NCBI GenBank assembly: GCA_043800705.1
Contig: JAZDMS010000008.1
Location: 1 to 25,575 of the forward strand
Direction of reading: 5' to 3'
Source of the DNA: Candidatus Altiarchaeota archaeon
Lineage (GTDB): Archaea > Altiarchaeota > Altiarchaeia > IMC4 > SCGC-AAA252-I15
Length of the DNA stretch: 25,575 nucleotides
Positions within the stretch are counted from its first letter, which is position 1; every line of letters starts with the position of its first letter. Shown piece after piece: positions 25,197-25,575 of this stretch. The position numbers and the translations under genes are program-made. The notes below the pieces were generated by a model, which searched no databases, was not told the origin of the DNA, and saw only the letters and a list, made by a program, of their open reading frames with translations.

Positions 25197-25575
25197 ATGG
25201 ACCACTCAAGGGGGCAGGGCGCGGTAGAGTATATGATGACCTACGGGTGGGGCATACTCGTGGTCCTGGTAACCGGGGTCCTGCTCTGGCAGATGGGTTA
25301 CCTGGAGATGGACAAGAACGTGACCCCAGACAAGCGCGGATTCAGCCAGGTCACGCCCATGGACTGGAGCTTCCTCGAAAACAGGACACTCATAGTAGTC
25401 GTGCAAAACAACGCGGGAACAATAGTGAACCTCCTGGATTCCTCCTCCGGGACCACCGCCGCCACCATCATCGGAGGAAGCGGCGGATGCGCCGATGTGA
25501 CATCGTCGGTGGGCTGGGGGGAGACGTTTAGGCCGGGGGCGACAAGCCAGCTGGTCTTCACGAACTGCGCACTGG
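25197..25575 (+). CDS. Archaeal type IV pilin 4 (3' truncated by the window edge)
   Basis: MDHSRG|QGAVEYMMTYGWGILVVLVTGVLLWQMGYL...QNNAG; open to the end of the window and absent from the ORF track. Confidence 0.88.
   Translation, partial: MDHSRGQGAVEYMMTYGWGILVVLVTGVLLWQMGYLEMDKNVTPDKRGFSQVTPMDWSFLENRTLIVVVQNNAGTIVNLLDSSSGTTAATIIGGSGGCADVTSSVGWGETFRPGATSQLVFTNCAL

Noticed and set aside
25247-25531. 94-aa plus-strand ORF from the track
   Set aside because: Wrong frame; the real gene is the pilin starting at ATG 25197.

Overview
Archaeal genomic window, probably DPANN-type and possibly Altiarchaeota. That assignment rests on the QGAMEYLMTYGWAILVV pilin N-termini, TATA-box promoters and the archaeal-type ArgRS, and is an inference. 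The first ~141 bp are the 3' end of an integrase-core (IS481-like) transposase and its right terminal repeats. Next come small accessory genes (membrane protein, 6xCxxC Zn protein, CBS protein, lipoprotein, histidine phosphatase, hicBA) and argS. From 6125 to the window end is a large type IV pilus (T4P)-associated locus. It begins with a 1358-aa cytoplasmic protein (alpha-SNAP-like repeats, 3 Ig-like domains, inactive KaiC/RecA-like domain), a MoxR AAA+ ATPase with no vWA partner in view, an integrin-alpha-like FG-GAP propeller/TPR membrane protein, a membrane-anchored wHTH protein and two pilus-accessory proteins. After an AT-rich control region come the pilus assembly ATPase, two PilC/TadC platform proteins, an antisense membrane-anchored NERD nuclease, and four class III-signal pilins with a GT-C glycosyltransferase inserted among them. 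The most novel candidate is the SNAP-repeat/Ig/KaiC-like + MoxR + propeller module coupled to the T4P machinery. All calls come from motifs read by eye; no database searches were run.
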